A DNA stretch of 59,266 bases, counting the filler, from Dugesia japonica (Eukaryota), in assembly GCA_001938525.1 (NCBI GenBank). It is 6 parts of 6 records of this genome, joined end to end, with 100 filler letters (N's around TTAATTAATTAA, not from the genome) between each part and the next. Parts side by side here need not be neighbours in the genome. Positions count along the whole stretch, not along the records: positions 1 to 11,023 come from MQRL01493778.1; positions 11,124 to 20,244 come from MQRL01584900.1; 4 more parts are not named here. One strand, written 5' to 3'. Below are positions 1-14,245 of the stretch, piece after piece; positions within the stretch are counted from its first letter, which is position 1; every line of letters starts with the position of its first letter. A program made the translations under genes and the position numbers. The notes under the pieces were generated by a model. That model did no database searches and was not told the DNA's origin. It worked only from the letters and a program-made list of their open reading frames with translations.

Positions 1-2551
1 GGTTTTTAAGACTCGACCAGTCCGAGTTCAAAATTTAAAAAACTCGTCGAGTCCGAGTCCGTTGTCTTTAACAAAAAATTTGGAAAAATCTGAAAAGATA
101 ATATTTTTCAAAACTTAAAAGCTTTTAAACTAGATACATAATATAACTATTTGAACATTAACGTAATTTAGGTAATCATTTAATTAATGTTTTTTTAACT
201 ACTTTTTTTATTCTTTGGCTTAAGGTACAAATAATTCAGAAAAACCAATAAATTTAGAGATTTGCCCACAAGTCTTGATCTGATTTCAGTGCAGAAGTTG
301 CCACTAATTGAAAACGATCTTTCATTTGAAGTTGTAGTTGGTTTTGTAGACGAAAGTACGCTGCACAGATCATCAAGATTACTAGTTTGTTTTCCAGGTT
401 TTCTGAAAAGCAAAAATTCTTGTTTTAGTTTGCTATAAATCGCGGACTCTTTTGTAGGTTGAGGCTCAGCTGCATTTTTCAAAATTATTTCAAGCTCTTC
501 TTTCATTGTCAAAGTTTTAGCGTTTTGATTTTCAACTTTTTATTAAGTCTTGGTCTGGTGAAGTTGTCGTAGATTCATTATTATTATCTACTTGGTAAAG
601 TCTTTTTAATAATTGTGTGGCGAAGTCTAAAGCCTGTTTAGAAGGTACAAATTTTGGATCTTAAAGCGCTTTGAACAAATTTATTAAATTTAAATTTACT
701 TGCTCAATAATTCTCTTCTCCATATTATCTAATAATTCCAACGCTATTTTACTTTTACAGTTATATTCGATGTAATATCAGCTGAATGCAGAGTCGTATC
801 GTTTCGGCTTAAAACCTAATTGCTAATTTGGCAGGTTCAAGTGATTTCTGAAGATCTTTGAGTTCGGTAAAATCGATTTGATCAAGCATGTGTGAAAAGT
901 TGAGATCCACCAAGGCTTCCTCGATGAATTTTTGTAGTTTAACAAACATAATTATCATATTAGCAAGAGAACTCCAACGAGTTTTAAAATCTAAATATAA
1001 CTCAAGATTGTGGCCCAATTTAGCTCTGATTTTGTCTTGTAATATCCCATTTCTGACAGAAGAAAATCTAAAACATTTACCTACTTTTCGAATATTCTTT
1101 ATTATTTCATCGATACAATCGATTTCTTGAATACTCTCCTTTGTTGTTGTTTCAATTTTAATTTCAATATCAGCTCCTGCTCCATCACAAAAAACATCTT
1201 TATTCTCATCTTCAGTTTCAGAATCAATTAATTCCTCATCATTTTCGCAGTTCGATTTTTTCTTATATTAAGTATCCTATACAGCAAGATGTAGTATATA
1301 ATTGAGGCACTATTGATAAGAAGTTGGACACTACTTTCTAAATTTCATTATCAACGAAGCGCCATCTCTTGTTGTGCCAACAATATGTTGCTCATAATTT
1401 ACTTTAAACGAAGCTAAATATTCAGTAACTACTTAAAGTAATTTTGTTGCTGTACACGATCCAAATATACGAACTAGTCCAAGATTGGATGATTTTTCGT
1501 ATGGATCTGGGGCACTATGGAGAATTNNNNNNNNNNNNNNNNNNNNNNNNNNNNNNNNNNNNNNNNNNNNNNNNNNNNNNNNNNNNNNNNNNNNNNNNNN
1601 NNNNNNNNNNNNNNNGACAATCATTTTCTCTTTCATTGCTTTAAAATAGTCATGTATTAATTGCATTACATCGGTTTCATTTTAATGCAACTTATATCTA
1701 TGATTAGAAATAGATTCACGTATAAATGCAGATCTGGTAATCGCTCTTATTGAAATCCCATCTACTGCTGCCAATTTCAAAATAATTTCTTCTAAACTTG
1801 AACGTTTTAAAAAATCCATAATTGTCCTTGGTTTTTTAATTGAACATTCAACTTCAGAATCAGCATCCTCCATTTCACATTTGTCTAAATTTGGATGAAT
1901 ATCAATAGTTTTAAGATGCTTGAAAAGTGATTTTGTGCTTGAATCAACAATACCTATAATCATTTTAGATGCATTACACTCAGCTTTTCTTTCTCCACTT
2001 GAGTGTAATATTCCCAAACATTTGATGTTTTTTTGTGACATCGTTTCTAAGCTGAGAAGAAAAATAAATAAAAAATTTATAATAAATCGATTTCAATAAT
2101 TCTAAAACAGATTCGTCAATTATAATAATTGGCTTGGCAACAACACAAAAACAAAAAAAATTGAATTATTTTTCGAAATTAATTTTATTTTTACTACACT
2201 TATTACACTCTTACCTAGTATGAAATAGATTTGACTTTTATTTTCATTCAATATTGAGTTTTAAAGTCTTCTGATCGTTTTTTTGTTTCTTACGTGGAAA
2301 AATAAAAAGTGCCGTTGTTCTGCGAATTCGTAAAAAGAAATTTGTTGCCAAACCAACATTTTAGAATGAATATTAATATAGGTGCAAATGACAATGAAAT
2401 TTAATAAATCGATTGACTTATTTTTTGTTTAATTTTAAAAATTTGGTCTCGGGACTCGTCGAGTATTAGAGTCGAGTCCCGAGTCCGCGTAACTACCCAA
2501 ATACTCGTCAATCAAGTTCGAGTTCGAGTCGAGTTGAGTCCAGAAACCCTA
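1..2551 (-). mobile_element. hAT DNA transposon (TAGGG-terminus type) with decayed transposase; left end clipped by the window
   Basis: Right end reverse complement TAGGGTTTCTGGACTC resembles window start GGTTTTTAAGACTC. GAGTC/GACTCG subterminal repeats occur at both ends. Minus-strand fragments: BED-like (AEC..SSTKSLFKHLK), DFKTRWSSL, and dimerisation-like PTTTSNERSFSISG...RSRL. Many stops and frameshifts. Confidence 0.85.
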
Positions 2552-2804
2552 ATATTATAATATAAATATCAATAATCTAAATTTTGGCGCTAAAATAAAT
2601 AAAGAATTAGATTTTAATCATTTTATTTAAATTATTTATTTTATTATCCGAGTTCATTGTCGCCATATTTGAATTGTTGCTTTAAAAATAGCAAAAACTT
2701 TAAAAAAAGAAAACCTTTATTTAAACAAAATTATTATTCATCTTTAAAATAAAACCAATTTTTTAAAATTACTCTAGTTGTTTATCCGAGCATATCGATA
2801 TACA

Positions 2805-4137
2805 CAGTAGCGTAGCCAGGAATATATGAAGTGGGGGTTTTAATTTTTGTCAAAATTTTTGTTTTTGTTTACTAATATAAAACAACAAAGACGTCAAAGG
2901 TGTGAGCGCACGCGATTAGGGGGTTTGCAAAATTGTTTAATTATTATTTTACTGATAGTATGACACTGTACCTATTAATCATCATCAAGCTTGGGTTGGT
3001 CGGCTGCTCCTCAACAGCAAGACAGATAGCCAATTAAACCTTTAACTACAACTTTTAAACAACCATATACTTGGCTTGGGAAGCTGGTCGGTCAATCAGG
3101 TATACTGGGGAATGCAAAGCAAAGTATTACGCCGTATGCTCTTCCTAAGCAACCTTATTTCGAGGAACTGAATATCCTAAACAGTGAAAACAATGTATAA
3201 TTTTATGATGGCACAAACTTAAGATGTAAAAGAAAGTATAACAAACATATGATGCCTAAAAAATAGGAATTTTACAAAGAAATAAGCAGATTCCATTTAA
3301 ATTAAATACTTCACATTTATTTATTATATACTTTTAAGTTCGACTTTCGAGTAAACCACAGTCATCAACCAGCACCATTTATGTCATTTTAGGCTATAAT
3401 GTAAAGTCCAAACGTCTTTTCTGTTTGATAAATTCATTGAATATTTCAACGGTAGTTGGGGTATGTTCGCGATGTATATTTATAAGGGTCAGTCTATTGG
3501 GTCGTGTTTCGCTAGTAGTGTTTTGTAGATACGTTTTCAAACGTCGGAGAGTTGAAAATGAACGCTCACTACTACATTTCGATACTGGTAGTGTGGCTAA
3601 AATTTGCAGTGCTTTCTGATATTTGGTTGCAATGTAACATTACAGACTGTTAGGGCTTCTAAGGCATTTCTTGGAATACCATTTTGGCTCACACGTGACA
3701 GACGACGATACCATAGTTTCATTTCTGTAATAGCCGAATCTACATCAAAATCTAAATCTTCAAAATAAAAATCAACAAGATGCTTAATGTCCTCCAACAG
3801 TTCACAAGATGGTGAATTATTCGGATCTTTAGGAAGAAAATACTGGAAACCTCCAAGAATTCTCTTGTGATTCAAGAATCTTGATTGAAGTTGACTTATT
3901 AACGAGTCCAAGAGTAGAATGAAAATTGAAATCTTGTAATATTCTTCATCAGATATACTTGAAATGTTACATCGTTTAGTTGGTTTGGCAGTTATTCTTG
4001 GTCACTTTAATGAGAAATCATGTTTTTCTGCAACTTCAGATACAATACCATACAACTTCTTAAATTCAGAATCTGCTTCTATTCTCTGCTTCTATTGTAT
4101 ATCATATACAAATATAACATTCAATTTTCAAATATTT
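2805..4137 (-). mobile_element. hAT (Tip100/ZMYM-like) transposon 3' part
   Basis: Terminus CAGTAGCGTAGCCAGG at 2805. Minus-strand C-terminal motifs DSLISQLQSRF and LATLPVSKCSSERSFSTLRRLKTYL...IHRE, split by frameshifts. Confidence 0.8.
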
Positions 4138-6779
4138 NNNNNNNNNNNNNNNNNNNNNNNNNNNNNNNNNNNNNNNNNNNNNNNNNNNNNNNNNNNNNNN
4201 NNNNNNNNNNNNNNNNNNNNNNNNNNNNNNNNNNNNNNNAAAAAAATTTATATTGAGTTTTTATGTATTTGTAAATGAGTCGAAAATGAGTAGCCTGGAG
4301 CATTTTACATCTTGTTCCAAAATAGATTCGATTTTCTAAGAAGTATTTTAGGAACAAAAGATTCATTATGGGTATACAAAATAACTAATTAAGAGCTGGA
4401 AAAGGCCATTTAAAAATTACCAACAAACTAAAATTCACCACAGAAATCTTATTCGTTAAGCAAATGCTGCAGCTGACAACAGGCAATGTCAAGCGCAAAA
4501 GTTAACTGTTTAATGATGCTGATAAAGTTGAGCTTTTGAACAGGAATGTTAAAAAACTCAAAATATTTTTATTAAATTACTCTGACTTAAATTTTCTTAA
4601 AAGAGTTGGATCTCATGAGAAAAAGTCTCGCCACATTTTGATTTAGAAGCAAAAAAACTCACGAGAACATAGAGAACATCTGGCACACATACATGATTTT
4701 AATATAGATGAGAAGTTAAAGAAATCATGCCGTTTGAGAAGCCAAAAAGTAAGTTACTATAATTGATGTTATTTATATAAAAGCAAATCAAGAATTCAAA
4801 AAAATGGAACGTTGTAGAAACAATCGAAAATTAAAGTAGAGAATAAGAAAAAAAATAATTATAATTTAATATATTTTCAAAAAATTCCATTTTCAATAAT
4901 ATAGGAAAATAATATTTAAAATTTTATTTTCCTATAAAAATGTAAACAATACTCAATACAAAAGTTAATTAAAATTTTTTTAAAAACAAAATAGTTTCCT
5001 AAAATTTCTAAAAAATTATATAAAATTTTTTCTAAAAAGAAAAAATCAAAATTGCGACACACCAATTTTTTTTCTGTATCTTCTGTCATTTTTCAAATTT
5101 ATATTTTGTTTAAATATTCGTTTTGATATTAATTTCATTAAGTATATTGAATTTTCTGCTGACTTATTGATTCGGTTAACATGACGCTAAATATTATTTA
5201 TTAAGTGCATCTCTGTTAAGTTTAAATTCTAAAAAAAATTAATAGACAGATTCAATTTTAATTTTAAATTTAAATAATTCCTAAAATATCAATTTTCTGT
5301 TAAAATCAAATTTCTTATCTTCACTAAAATTAAAATTTCTGAAAAATATTTTATTTGCGTGTTAAGAATTGTCTAATCTGAGACTAGAGTCTTCATAAAT
5401 TACATCAGCCATCAAAATATAACAAAAAATAATTATGCTAAGTATATAGTAGATAATTAAATCAAAATATAATATTGCCAGAAGATAACTGCAAAAATAC
5501 CACCTAGAAGAAAACATAACTTAAAATAAATAATTAATAGCTCTAAAAGCAACTCTAACACTAAACTAGATCACAATTGGAAAATTATTTCTAAGATTAT
5601 AAATAATTGCAGATTATTAACGGGAAAGGAAATTATTTCATTAAATTAAGCTCAGTACAATCAACAATCAATTGAAATCAACAAGTTCGTCAAATAGATT
5701 AAATCTAAATTCTTACTCGTTTCAGCCAAATTGATAATTTTCAAATAAAATTTTACTTTTAGATAGTAACATAAACAAAACACTGAATGCCAGTAAATAA
5801 TTAAACTCTACTTTTGGCATATTTCAACAAATTAATAGAGACTTTTATTTACCCTTGAGTGAAATTTAAACGCCTAAAACACAAGGTGTATTTTAAAAGT
5901 AGTGAGATCGGTTCAATAAAACATTATATAAACAAAGAAACGAACACAAATGCATGTATTTTAACCAAGAAACTTGGCTCCTTCAAAATATTCACCCTCC
6001 GATAATGAACATAATGAATCTAAGTGACCCATTTTAGTATTTGGATGTATATACTTTGAATTTCTTTTTACCAATGACAATTGGGTTTACTTCATCAGGT
6101 TTTCAAGGATAGCAACTAAAAGGAATTCACGTGGTGACCAATCCGGAGAGAACGGTAATGCGTTTCTGAGTAATATATTCCCTTATTTCTAACAATTATT
6201 ATTTCTCTTAGCATCCCATTCCATTATAATTTAAGTTTAGATTTCCCGATACACTTTTCTAGTTTTTTAGAAAATTAAATCTTCCTATCATTTTCCACCC
6301 ATAATTCTTTTGCGTCTCGTTTCATTAACATATCAAACGCGAATGATAGTTCTATTTGATAAAACGCAGCAAATTATTTTGTCGTCTTAGTCCATTCATC
6401 TGCTGCTTCAGTAAAACCCTCGAAGAAACTTAGTTTGGGATAAGCTATTCTTAAGTTGAAGATGGCAACTTTGCAAAAACCCTCTAACGATCATCTTTTT
6501 TTTCTTCATCAGTACGCTTATTTTGGTGTGGTCGTCAGTTAAAAGACTTGAACTTTCCATAATTATTTATTTAATACCAAAAAACTATTTATTAATAATG
6601 AATTATATTAAACAAATAATATCATTTAATTTTAATAAATTTAAAACTTTATGTTATTTTAAAAATGATTTAAATGATCTATAAAAATGATATAAATGAT
6701 ATATAAGGTTCTTATCGAATAATTGAGAAAATGCACGAAAGACGGTATGTGATACAAAGAGAAAATAAACAGCGATTAG

Positions 6780-7165
6780 AAAGAAATTTGGAAAAACGTG
6801 AAAAGTTTCTTAAGAATGCGGATATAAAGACAAGGTACTATGCGGCTATGTATTGTCGTGCAATAATTTGAAATGCCAAGACGTCCATAGATTAATCCCT
6901 TTCTTCCTCATCTTCCAGATAAACATGTTGATTAATTGTCTGGGTCTCAGGAATAAATTCATAATGTATGAGATCCTTGAAATCAAAGAAAATTATAAAC
7001 ATGCATTTGATTTTTGATTGGAATATCCTTGCAATATTTTAGACGGGTGACATTTCCACTCACCAATCCAGATTTTGCATTTTCGTTTCAGATTCACTAT
7101 CAGAAATCCATGTCTCATCTCTCGTAACAACACTCTCAATTACCAAGTTGTCATTAAATTTAACT
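6780..7165 (-). mobile_element. mariner transposase relic
   Basis: Minus strand reads VVTRDETWI...SKIKCMFIIFFDFKDLIHYEFIPETQTIN, matching mariner TGDETW and SKIKxMxxxFFD motifs. Contains stops. Confidence 0.75.
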
Positions 7166-7199
7166 AATAGGTACAAAGTCATATATAGGCAAATTAAAG

Positions 7200-8557
7200 A
7201 CGAAGGGGCTTAATGAAATTAAGGAAATATATTGGAAGTGCGAAACAGAATTGGACTAGAACAACTTCACGAGAAAGAAATAACCGTTTTTGAATTGGCA
7301 GTTAGTAGGTACTTCTGAAAACTATTCTACAGTTTTCTTTGAAACAATCGATTTGTGCTATTCTTCTCTGCTAATTTTCTTTCCAAATGCTTATTAACTG
7401 CTTTTTCAAGTTGATTACTAGTTTGTGGTACAATACAATTTTATTTCTGGTAAATGTTTGCCTAATCTGATGTTCCTGTCTTCAGAAATGTGACAAATTA
7501 AATCTCGAAATAATATCATTCTCAACTGTATTTTATTAGATTGCACTATGATAAAACGGAATTGAAAAGCCATGTTTAATGTCTTATATACAAATCATCA
7601 AATAACCTTTTAATCAAAGGCTTTTCCATAATATAGACTTATCTCTCTTGGGAATCTAAATCTAAATATCTACACCTTAAAAAAGCATTCTGTAGTGCTT
7701 TCTCGTTTTGTCCAGGTGATGTCATAAGATACAAATATTTAATGAACCGGTTTATAATTCTTTAAACGTATTTTTACCCATTTGTTTCATGCATCGGTAT
7801 ATATATATATGAATACGACTTAAAGAAGTTTCTCAGTTTCTAATCTTTTCATATCTTTCTTAACTATTGTCATCATTACTTTGACTCTCTGACAAATTTC
7901 ACAGCTAAAAACATTTTCCTGTAATTTGTTCCGAAAATTCATTACTATGTATTTGTCTCATATATTTGTACAACCTTGCTATTTCTGCAAAATGGTCGCC
8001 ATGTTAGTTTTGTTTGTTTTCTTCATTTAAATAAACTAAAATAAGACTTTTGATTCAATACTTTATTTAAAATACAAACAATTCTTTTTTGAAATTCTTC
8101 TTGCTTTTATGAATGCTTTTTCCCAGTTTACAAAGTTTTAATATTAATATTAATATTAAAATAAAATTTTAAAAAATTCTGGAAAAAATTCAAACCAAAA
8201 TTATGATAATTAAGTAAATGTAAAAATGGATTAACTTCAGACAATATGAATAAACCTAAATTGTGTATATAAATAGTAGAAATGTTAAATATTATTCAAA
8301 GTAAGATTAGTGTCTTGATATCTAGCTACTTACAAATAAAATATTCACACAATTAATTTAAGTATATGAAAACTTTTAACAAACTTGGTTGCCAGTAATG
8401 ATAGTTCCATAATACATCACCTAATCGGTTATAATGCAAGACCATCCAGAATGCTAGTAAATTTGTTGTTTAAGTAGTCACTAGAATTATATAATTGTTT
8501 TTTATTTAATTCATTTTGATTACTTAATCGATTATGTAATATTTTATCGATTACACA
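7200..8557 (-). mobile_element. Internally deleted Gypsy element: LTR (~8002-8557), PBS and integrase relic
   Basis: 7993-8130 is the reverse complement of the LTR end/PBS seen at ~17130-17264 (...AACTAACA|TGGCGACCA). The PBS is followed directly by an integrase zinc-finger remnant (SCEICQRVKV) and core-like fragments. The outer LTR boundary is approximate. Confidence 0.7.
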
Positions 8558-9439
8558 TTTTTTTTTCATTTACTTTGTCTGATTTTTCGATCGCATTGCG
8601 TGCAGTCTTAAACGTATCAATAAAAATTTGGTATTAATAGATGAGGAGGTAAAAAGTTATTTAAGATTAAATACTAAACCAGGTGCCATTTTGAAAGTTA
8701 TGGCTTTAACATTTATACAATTCAAAAGAGAATTAAAAAAACTTTTTATACATCATCTGAAGTACTTGTTTCAAAAATTGCTTTTTTCCTATGAAAATCA
8801 CCTTTCAAAGTATGAGTGAACTGAAACATTCCTCCCTATTCATTATGGATTTCCTTTAAATTTAAGGGTTAGATAGAAAATTCAAAAGTAAGATACGATT
8901 GTATCTTAAAATGCTTAGTCTCCTATAAAATTGAATTTTTTAATTTTTTTTGAAACATATTCGTCCCACTACTAAAATTTATTTAATAGCATATAATTAA
9001 TGGTAATGTTTATTATTACAATCAAAACTGATTGCACCTACAGATTTCCTTTTCAAATTTTTCTTCTTATCAATGTACCTTTCGCCATTGTTATCTTCAT
9101 TATGATATTTTTCAAATATTTCATTACCAATTTAATAAATATATTTTACCTATAGCTTCAACAAATTTTTCCTTCTCTTCTTCTGACGATGCATACCATT
9201 CTTCTTTTTCAATCATTTCTATATCATTTTGTTTAACTTTTTCAACATCTACTAAAATATCGTTACACATTTGTTTTGAAATAATAACTTTAATAAAATT
9301 GTATTCCTAATATATATGTTTTAACAACTAATTAGAATTATCAACCAATCATATGTAAATTAAACATATAATTCATAAACACATAAATGTATATAAGTCT
9401 TAACTTGTAGAAATAAAGCACCTTTTAAAAAATGAAAAT

Positions 9440-10004
9440 ATTAAATACCTCATCGTTAAAACAGGAAGAAATGTTGAAAGAAATAAAGCTTTGGGTACGA
9501 GATAATCAGGAATCAAGTAATGCATATATATGGAACAGATTGCTCGATAAAACATTGGAAAACTGTTTTCAACGTTGAATAATTACTTAACCCTAAATTA
9601 TGAGGATTACATCAATACATGCAAATCAAAGGAAGCCCAAACTCCTAAGATTATAAATATAATTTAAAACTGTTCATCAACAAATTTATGAAGATGTCAA
9701 ACAATGTGGTATTGTTATATAGATATCGGTTAGAGAAGAAATTAGAAGCTGGTCTACACGCGTTCCTTAAAATCCAGATTTTAGACAACTTAGTTATCCT
9801 TCGAAAAGAAGAGTGTAATGAAAAACTTGCATTTAAAATGGAATCATTGGAAAACAACAAAAAAACAATACCTGACATAGACAAACTCAAAAATTAGAAT
9901 TATTATAAAAAACAAGAAAAACTTTGATCGACGCTTTTATTTAAATGAATTCTGAAAAACTATCAATGGTTACATCCAACAATTATTCTCGCAATATTTG
10001 TAGT
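9440..10004 (+). mobile_element. Penelope-like element 3' relic: degenerate GIY-YIG tail plus pseudo-LTR
   Basis: IYE..KQCGIV(YI) and GLHA...LDNLVILRKEE...ESL resemble the PLE GIY-YIG C-terminus. It is followed by a repeat (TCAATGGTTA..CAACAATTATTCTCGCAATA) shared with 14150-14245 and with the hammerhead-bearing element at 54280-54608. Confidence 0.45.
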
Positions 10005-10978
10005 TATTAAAATATAAAATTAAATTTATAAAAATTAAATTTCATACTCAAGATTTTACTATAAAAGTTAAACAGTATAGTTTATAGTACTATACTATAC
10101 TATAGTACTGTTATCAGTGCAATTCAATTCAGTTAACAGTATAGTTGTATTAAAAACCGTTTGTATTTTTATGCTTACTTATGTTTTCTGTGATAATTTA
10201 GAATTATATTAAGAAGCATAAAATCGGTTTAACTAAAACTTTAGGTTTATCTTATTAAATAATTTCAATAATTTTATTAACACGATTTATGAGTAAATCA
10301 ATTATAGTGTTGATAATTTAATTTTAAAAATATTTATTTCTAAAATAAACTTGATTAAAAATATATTAAATATACTAAAGCTTATTTTCTTGGAAAAAAC
10401 AGACACTGGTTATTTATTCAATTCCGATTAATTTCTGAATAATTGCTCAAAACTATAAATTTATTATTAACAATTGGCGCAGAAAAATATTGAAATTATT
10501 AATTACTACCAAAGAATTTCATGAACATAACGATAAAAGGAACCGCAATCATCTGATGATATTTAATTAAACTTCTGTTAATGTGAAATTCTATTAATTT
10601 TCCACACTTCTGCACAGAAAATAATTTACAATGTTAATATGTTTCTGTTATGTTAATTAAAAATAAAATAATATAATTAATCTGCTTTTTCATTTCATAA
10701 CAAGCTGAATTGCTTTCTTAAAAACATGGAAATTTTAAATTAAAAAAAATTATTTTAATTTCAATTTTAAAAATGATTGTTTGGGAATGTAAAATTTATC
10801 GGTTATTAAAGTTATAATTAATTTATTGTTAATTTATTAAACCGTGTCCCGCATAATTATGAGAAATTAAATAAATGGAATTGGTGCAATTGAATATAAA
10901 TGTTACGAAAAAGAATTAAACTACAATACAATCATTTGTTTAAATATGAATTTGTTTTTAAATATAATATAATATAAT

Positions 10979-11023
10979 AGTAGATAGATAGTGGAGCATT
11001 GGAACATTTACGTAATCATCTAA
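10979..11023 (+). repeat. Maverick-like terminus at a contig end
   Basis: AGTAGATAGATAGTGGAGCA matches the terminal motif at 27664, 33328 and 42425. Confidence 0.5.
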
Positions 11024-11123
11024 NNNNNNNNNNNNNNNNNNNNNNNNNNNNNNNNNNNNNNNNNNNNTTAATTAATTAANNNNNNNNNNNNNNNNNNNNN
11101 NNNNNNNNNNNNNNNNNNNNNNN
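11024..11123. other. Artificial contig linker (N44-TTAATTAATTAA-N44); others at 20245-20344, 29948-30047, 39312-39411, 48207-48306
   Basis: Identical 100-nt structure five times; the 12-mer gives stops in all six frames. Confidence 0.95.
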
Positions 11124-11990
11124 CGTTTAAAATCATAACACGAAAATGAAGACGAGTTTATTTCATTTTAAGCAGAAATGACAAATTTTAAATTGAAAAT
11201 ATTCAATAATGAATATTTAAACAAACGGTAAAAATCATTAATGTTGATAATAAGAGTTACACTTTATCAAGATAAATACCAGATCGACCCTCAGCTAAAG
11301 TAGTGTTACCAATGCGCAATATAAATCGAGCAATGCACGTATAAATCAAATTTATTTGTCCTCATTGATCTGAAAGGTTATATAGAAAATGGTCATCATA
11401 CAGATTAACATATAAATCAATCGGAATAATCAGAATTGAAAATATTCACAATGCAAACAAACAATGAAGTACAACATTAACATGTAAGCAACATTATGGA
11501 TTCAATGATTTGAGTACTGATCGAAGCAGTTGGATCAATTCATTTCAACATAATACCAATATATTAAAAATAATTCGAAATTCTATTTTTTTGCGCTAGT
11601 TTATCGTCGTGTTTGAATTCATGATAAATATTATCTTTTTAGTTACGTTGTTATTCAGTTAATAAAGGTATTCAGGGTTTATTGGATGCTAGGCATCGCC
11701 TGTCAAAAATGTCAGTGTGTAAATGAAATTAAATAGTAGTATAAATTCCAAAGTTCTGAAAAACATAATAAACACTTTTGTTAGAAATCCAGCTTAAGTA
11801 GGAGCCTGGCTAATTTCAAGATTATTTGTGGTCCTAATTTTTTACGTTAAGCTGGTTTAACTGTATATAATATTATATTAGTTTTACTAAATATTAATGT
11901 CAATTGGTTTATTATTTATAAAATGTAAACAAGAAACATACCATTTAAACAAAAATTAGCATTTTTAAATTTAAATCATATTAATAGTAC

Positions 11991-12652
11991 TTAATAAAAC
12001 TTTTTCTCGGAAATATGTAATCCATTTATTATAATATTTAGCAAGATTGTTTGAATAGTCTAAATCTTCAATAAATTCAAGTTCAATAGCCAAACACGAC
12101 GCAGCATAGTATTCAAGAAATGATGCTTCGGTTGGTTTGAGAACATTCCAATTGAAATGCTAAAATAAGCATTAATTATAAAAATTGTATATTTATAAAA
12201 TTTTACTTGTAAAACCAGAATTTCGGTGGATTTTAATAAACAACTTTGCATTACATTTTCAAATGGTGCAAGTCGAAGTATTTTTGAAGCTTGCGGCACG
12301 TTAATTTCCACATCATTAACTTTACCTAAATGTATTAATTATTTACTGGCCTTAGAGACCTTTTACTCTTACAAGCGACAGAAAAACAAGCTGCTCCAAT
12401 TAAATACAAACCTTGAGCGTCAGCTTGATGGTCAGCAATAAAATAATCAAACAAAAATACAGCTAAATGATGAGCTTCTACTCCGATTTTGAATGATTTC
12501 ACTAATTTACTTATCCACTGTACAATTATTTTACGATCTCCATTTGTAAAATGCGGAGATTCTCTCACCAAAATTGGGTTTTTTTCTTCAAGGTTTTTCA
12601 AATAACTCAAAATCAATTCATAAAGCCAAACATCATCAACTTCAACAGACAT
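11991..12652 (-). CDS. CCNJ: Cyclin J-like protein, 5' three exons (12373-12652, 12207-12325, 11991-12159)
   Basis: Two 47-nt GT-AG introns give MSVEVDDVWLYE...ESP...AHHLAVFLFDYF...LYLIGAACFSVACKVNDVEINVP...EILVLQHFNWNVLKPTEASFLEYY...YFREKVL. This is collinear with cyclin J as I recall it (QSP..ARHLAVYLLDLF..ASKFEE..VP..FQWNL..PTAAHFIEYY). Further exons not identified before the linker. Confidence 0.8.
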
Positions 12653-13489
12653 AACAAACCATTAATAAATCGTTTGGAGAAATCATTTTAATTAACAAAA
12701 TAATTTTATTAGCAATTTATTTTCAATGTTAAATTTATTGATATATTAAATTGGAAACTAAAACAAACTTATTTGGTTTTTGGCGGAATTTAGTGTTTTT
12801 ATTTTTTATCATACTCTGCATGATAAAATAGTAAAATTCCCTAAGTTTTCTTTAAAAAATAACTATACTTTGAAATTTTTAAGGAAAATAAATTTCTTAA
12901 TCAATTAATCATAATATAATATTACTATGTTGTATATAATGTTAGTATTTGTTCTATACAAAATTTAAAAATAACTTATAAATTACTTATAAAATGTAAT
13001 TTGAAATTTAAAAGAATTTATACAATAATTTTAATTAGTTAAAAAAAAACACTTTTCCAACTCTACATCAGGAAAAAACAGTAATTCTCAATTAGATGCG
13101 GATCCAGGCTATCTTGTAAGGAGCGATTTGAACAAATACTTATGATAAAATATTATTATTATTCGTTACTACTATACAGTGCTTCTATAATTAGTAATGT
13201 CAATTAAAATAATAATATATTACTGCAATATCCTATAAAAAAAGATGGCGAACATATGATACGCGTGTCAGAGGAGACACTCAAAGTCATCGATAGAGAC
13301 NAAAAATTACATAAAACAAATATTTGTCTCTACCAATGGCCAGTAATCATTCAAACAATATAATTACTCACGCTATTCATCATCAATAATGCAATTCTAA
13401 AACCGTCTCTGAACGTGTACATCGGTTTTGCGTACATTGTTTGAATATTGACATTAATATGTAAAAGTTAAGAAATGCGCTAAAAAGAG

Positions 13490-14110
13490 ATTAAATCTTT
13501 ACTNAGGGCATTTTATTTCTACTTGCACTTGACGAGCCCGAGTTTCCCTCTGGCATTAATTTTCTCGACTTGCCCGTAATCACAGGCCATGTTTGGGAAA
13601 ATCGTATTTCAACTTGTCACGCTATTTTTTATTAGTTTTGACTGATATATGAGTGATATATGACATGATACAAGTTTTATTTACTGCAGGCACATAGTAT
13701 ATTAGTCAATGACTTCGTTTTTTATTTATAGTTCTTTTCGTGTTAAGTACGTTGCGTGTTTTTGCTATACGAATTTAGCCACTTTTGTCATTTTTGTGGA
13801 CATTTTAGACGTAAGTATAAGTATAAGTATATAAAATAAGTATATATTATTCATAAATATTTAGCTTCATTTTTATTTTAGCCCAAAGTGTTTCGTGAAA
13901 GTGTAGTTCATGAACGTAACGATGAAATATTGATAAGTAAATCATACCATGAAAGCGATTTTTCGTAATCATCTGACAATGATAGTACTTCGGAAAACGA
14001 TGATATTCATTTAGAGATTTCGTTGAAATAAAGATAGAAAATGCAGCACCTTCCCCTCCAAGATTTCAATTTAGTAATACACCTGCTCTGAAATTGCATT
14101 TGTCATAATG
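13490..14110 (+). mobile_element. Possible piggyBac-like 5' relic
   Basis: Starts near a TTAA; decayed acidic stretch followed by PPRFQFS.TP. No catalytic domain seen. Confidence 0.3.
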
Positions 14111-14149
14111 GTGGTAAAGTAACGACTTTATTATCAAATATCAATAAAA

Positions 14150-14245
14150 AAACCAAAATTTTGATTAAAGCTTTTATATTAAAGGAATTCTATAAAACGA
14201 TCAATGGTTATGTTCAACAATTATTCTCGCAATAATTGCAATTGT
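14150..14245 (+). repeat. Copy of Penelope-like pLTR repeat
   Basis: Near-identical to 54457-54608 and similar to 9900-10004. Confidence 0.7.

Noticed and set aside
5940-6560. Coding-like composition on the minus strand
   Set aside because: Interrupted by stops in the frames I read; no recognisable motif.
9151-9307. Possible isolated minus-strand exon (EYNFIKVIISKQMC...EKFVEAI) with AG/GT borders
   Set aside because: No in-phase neighbouring exons or recognisable domain found.
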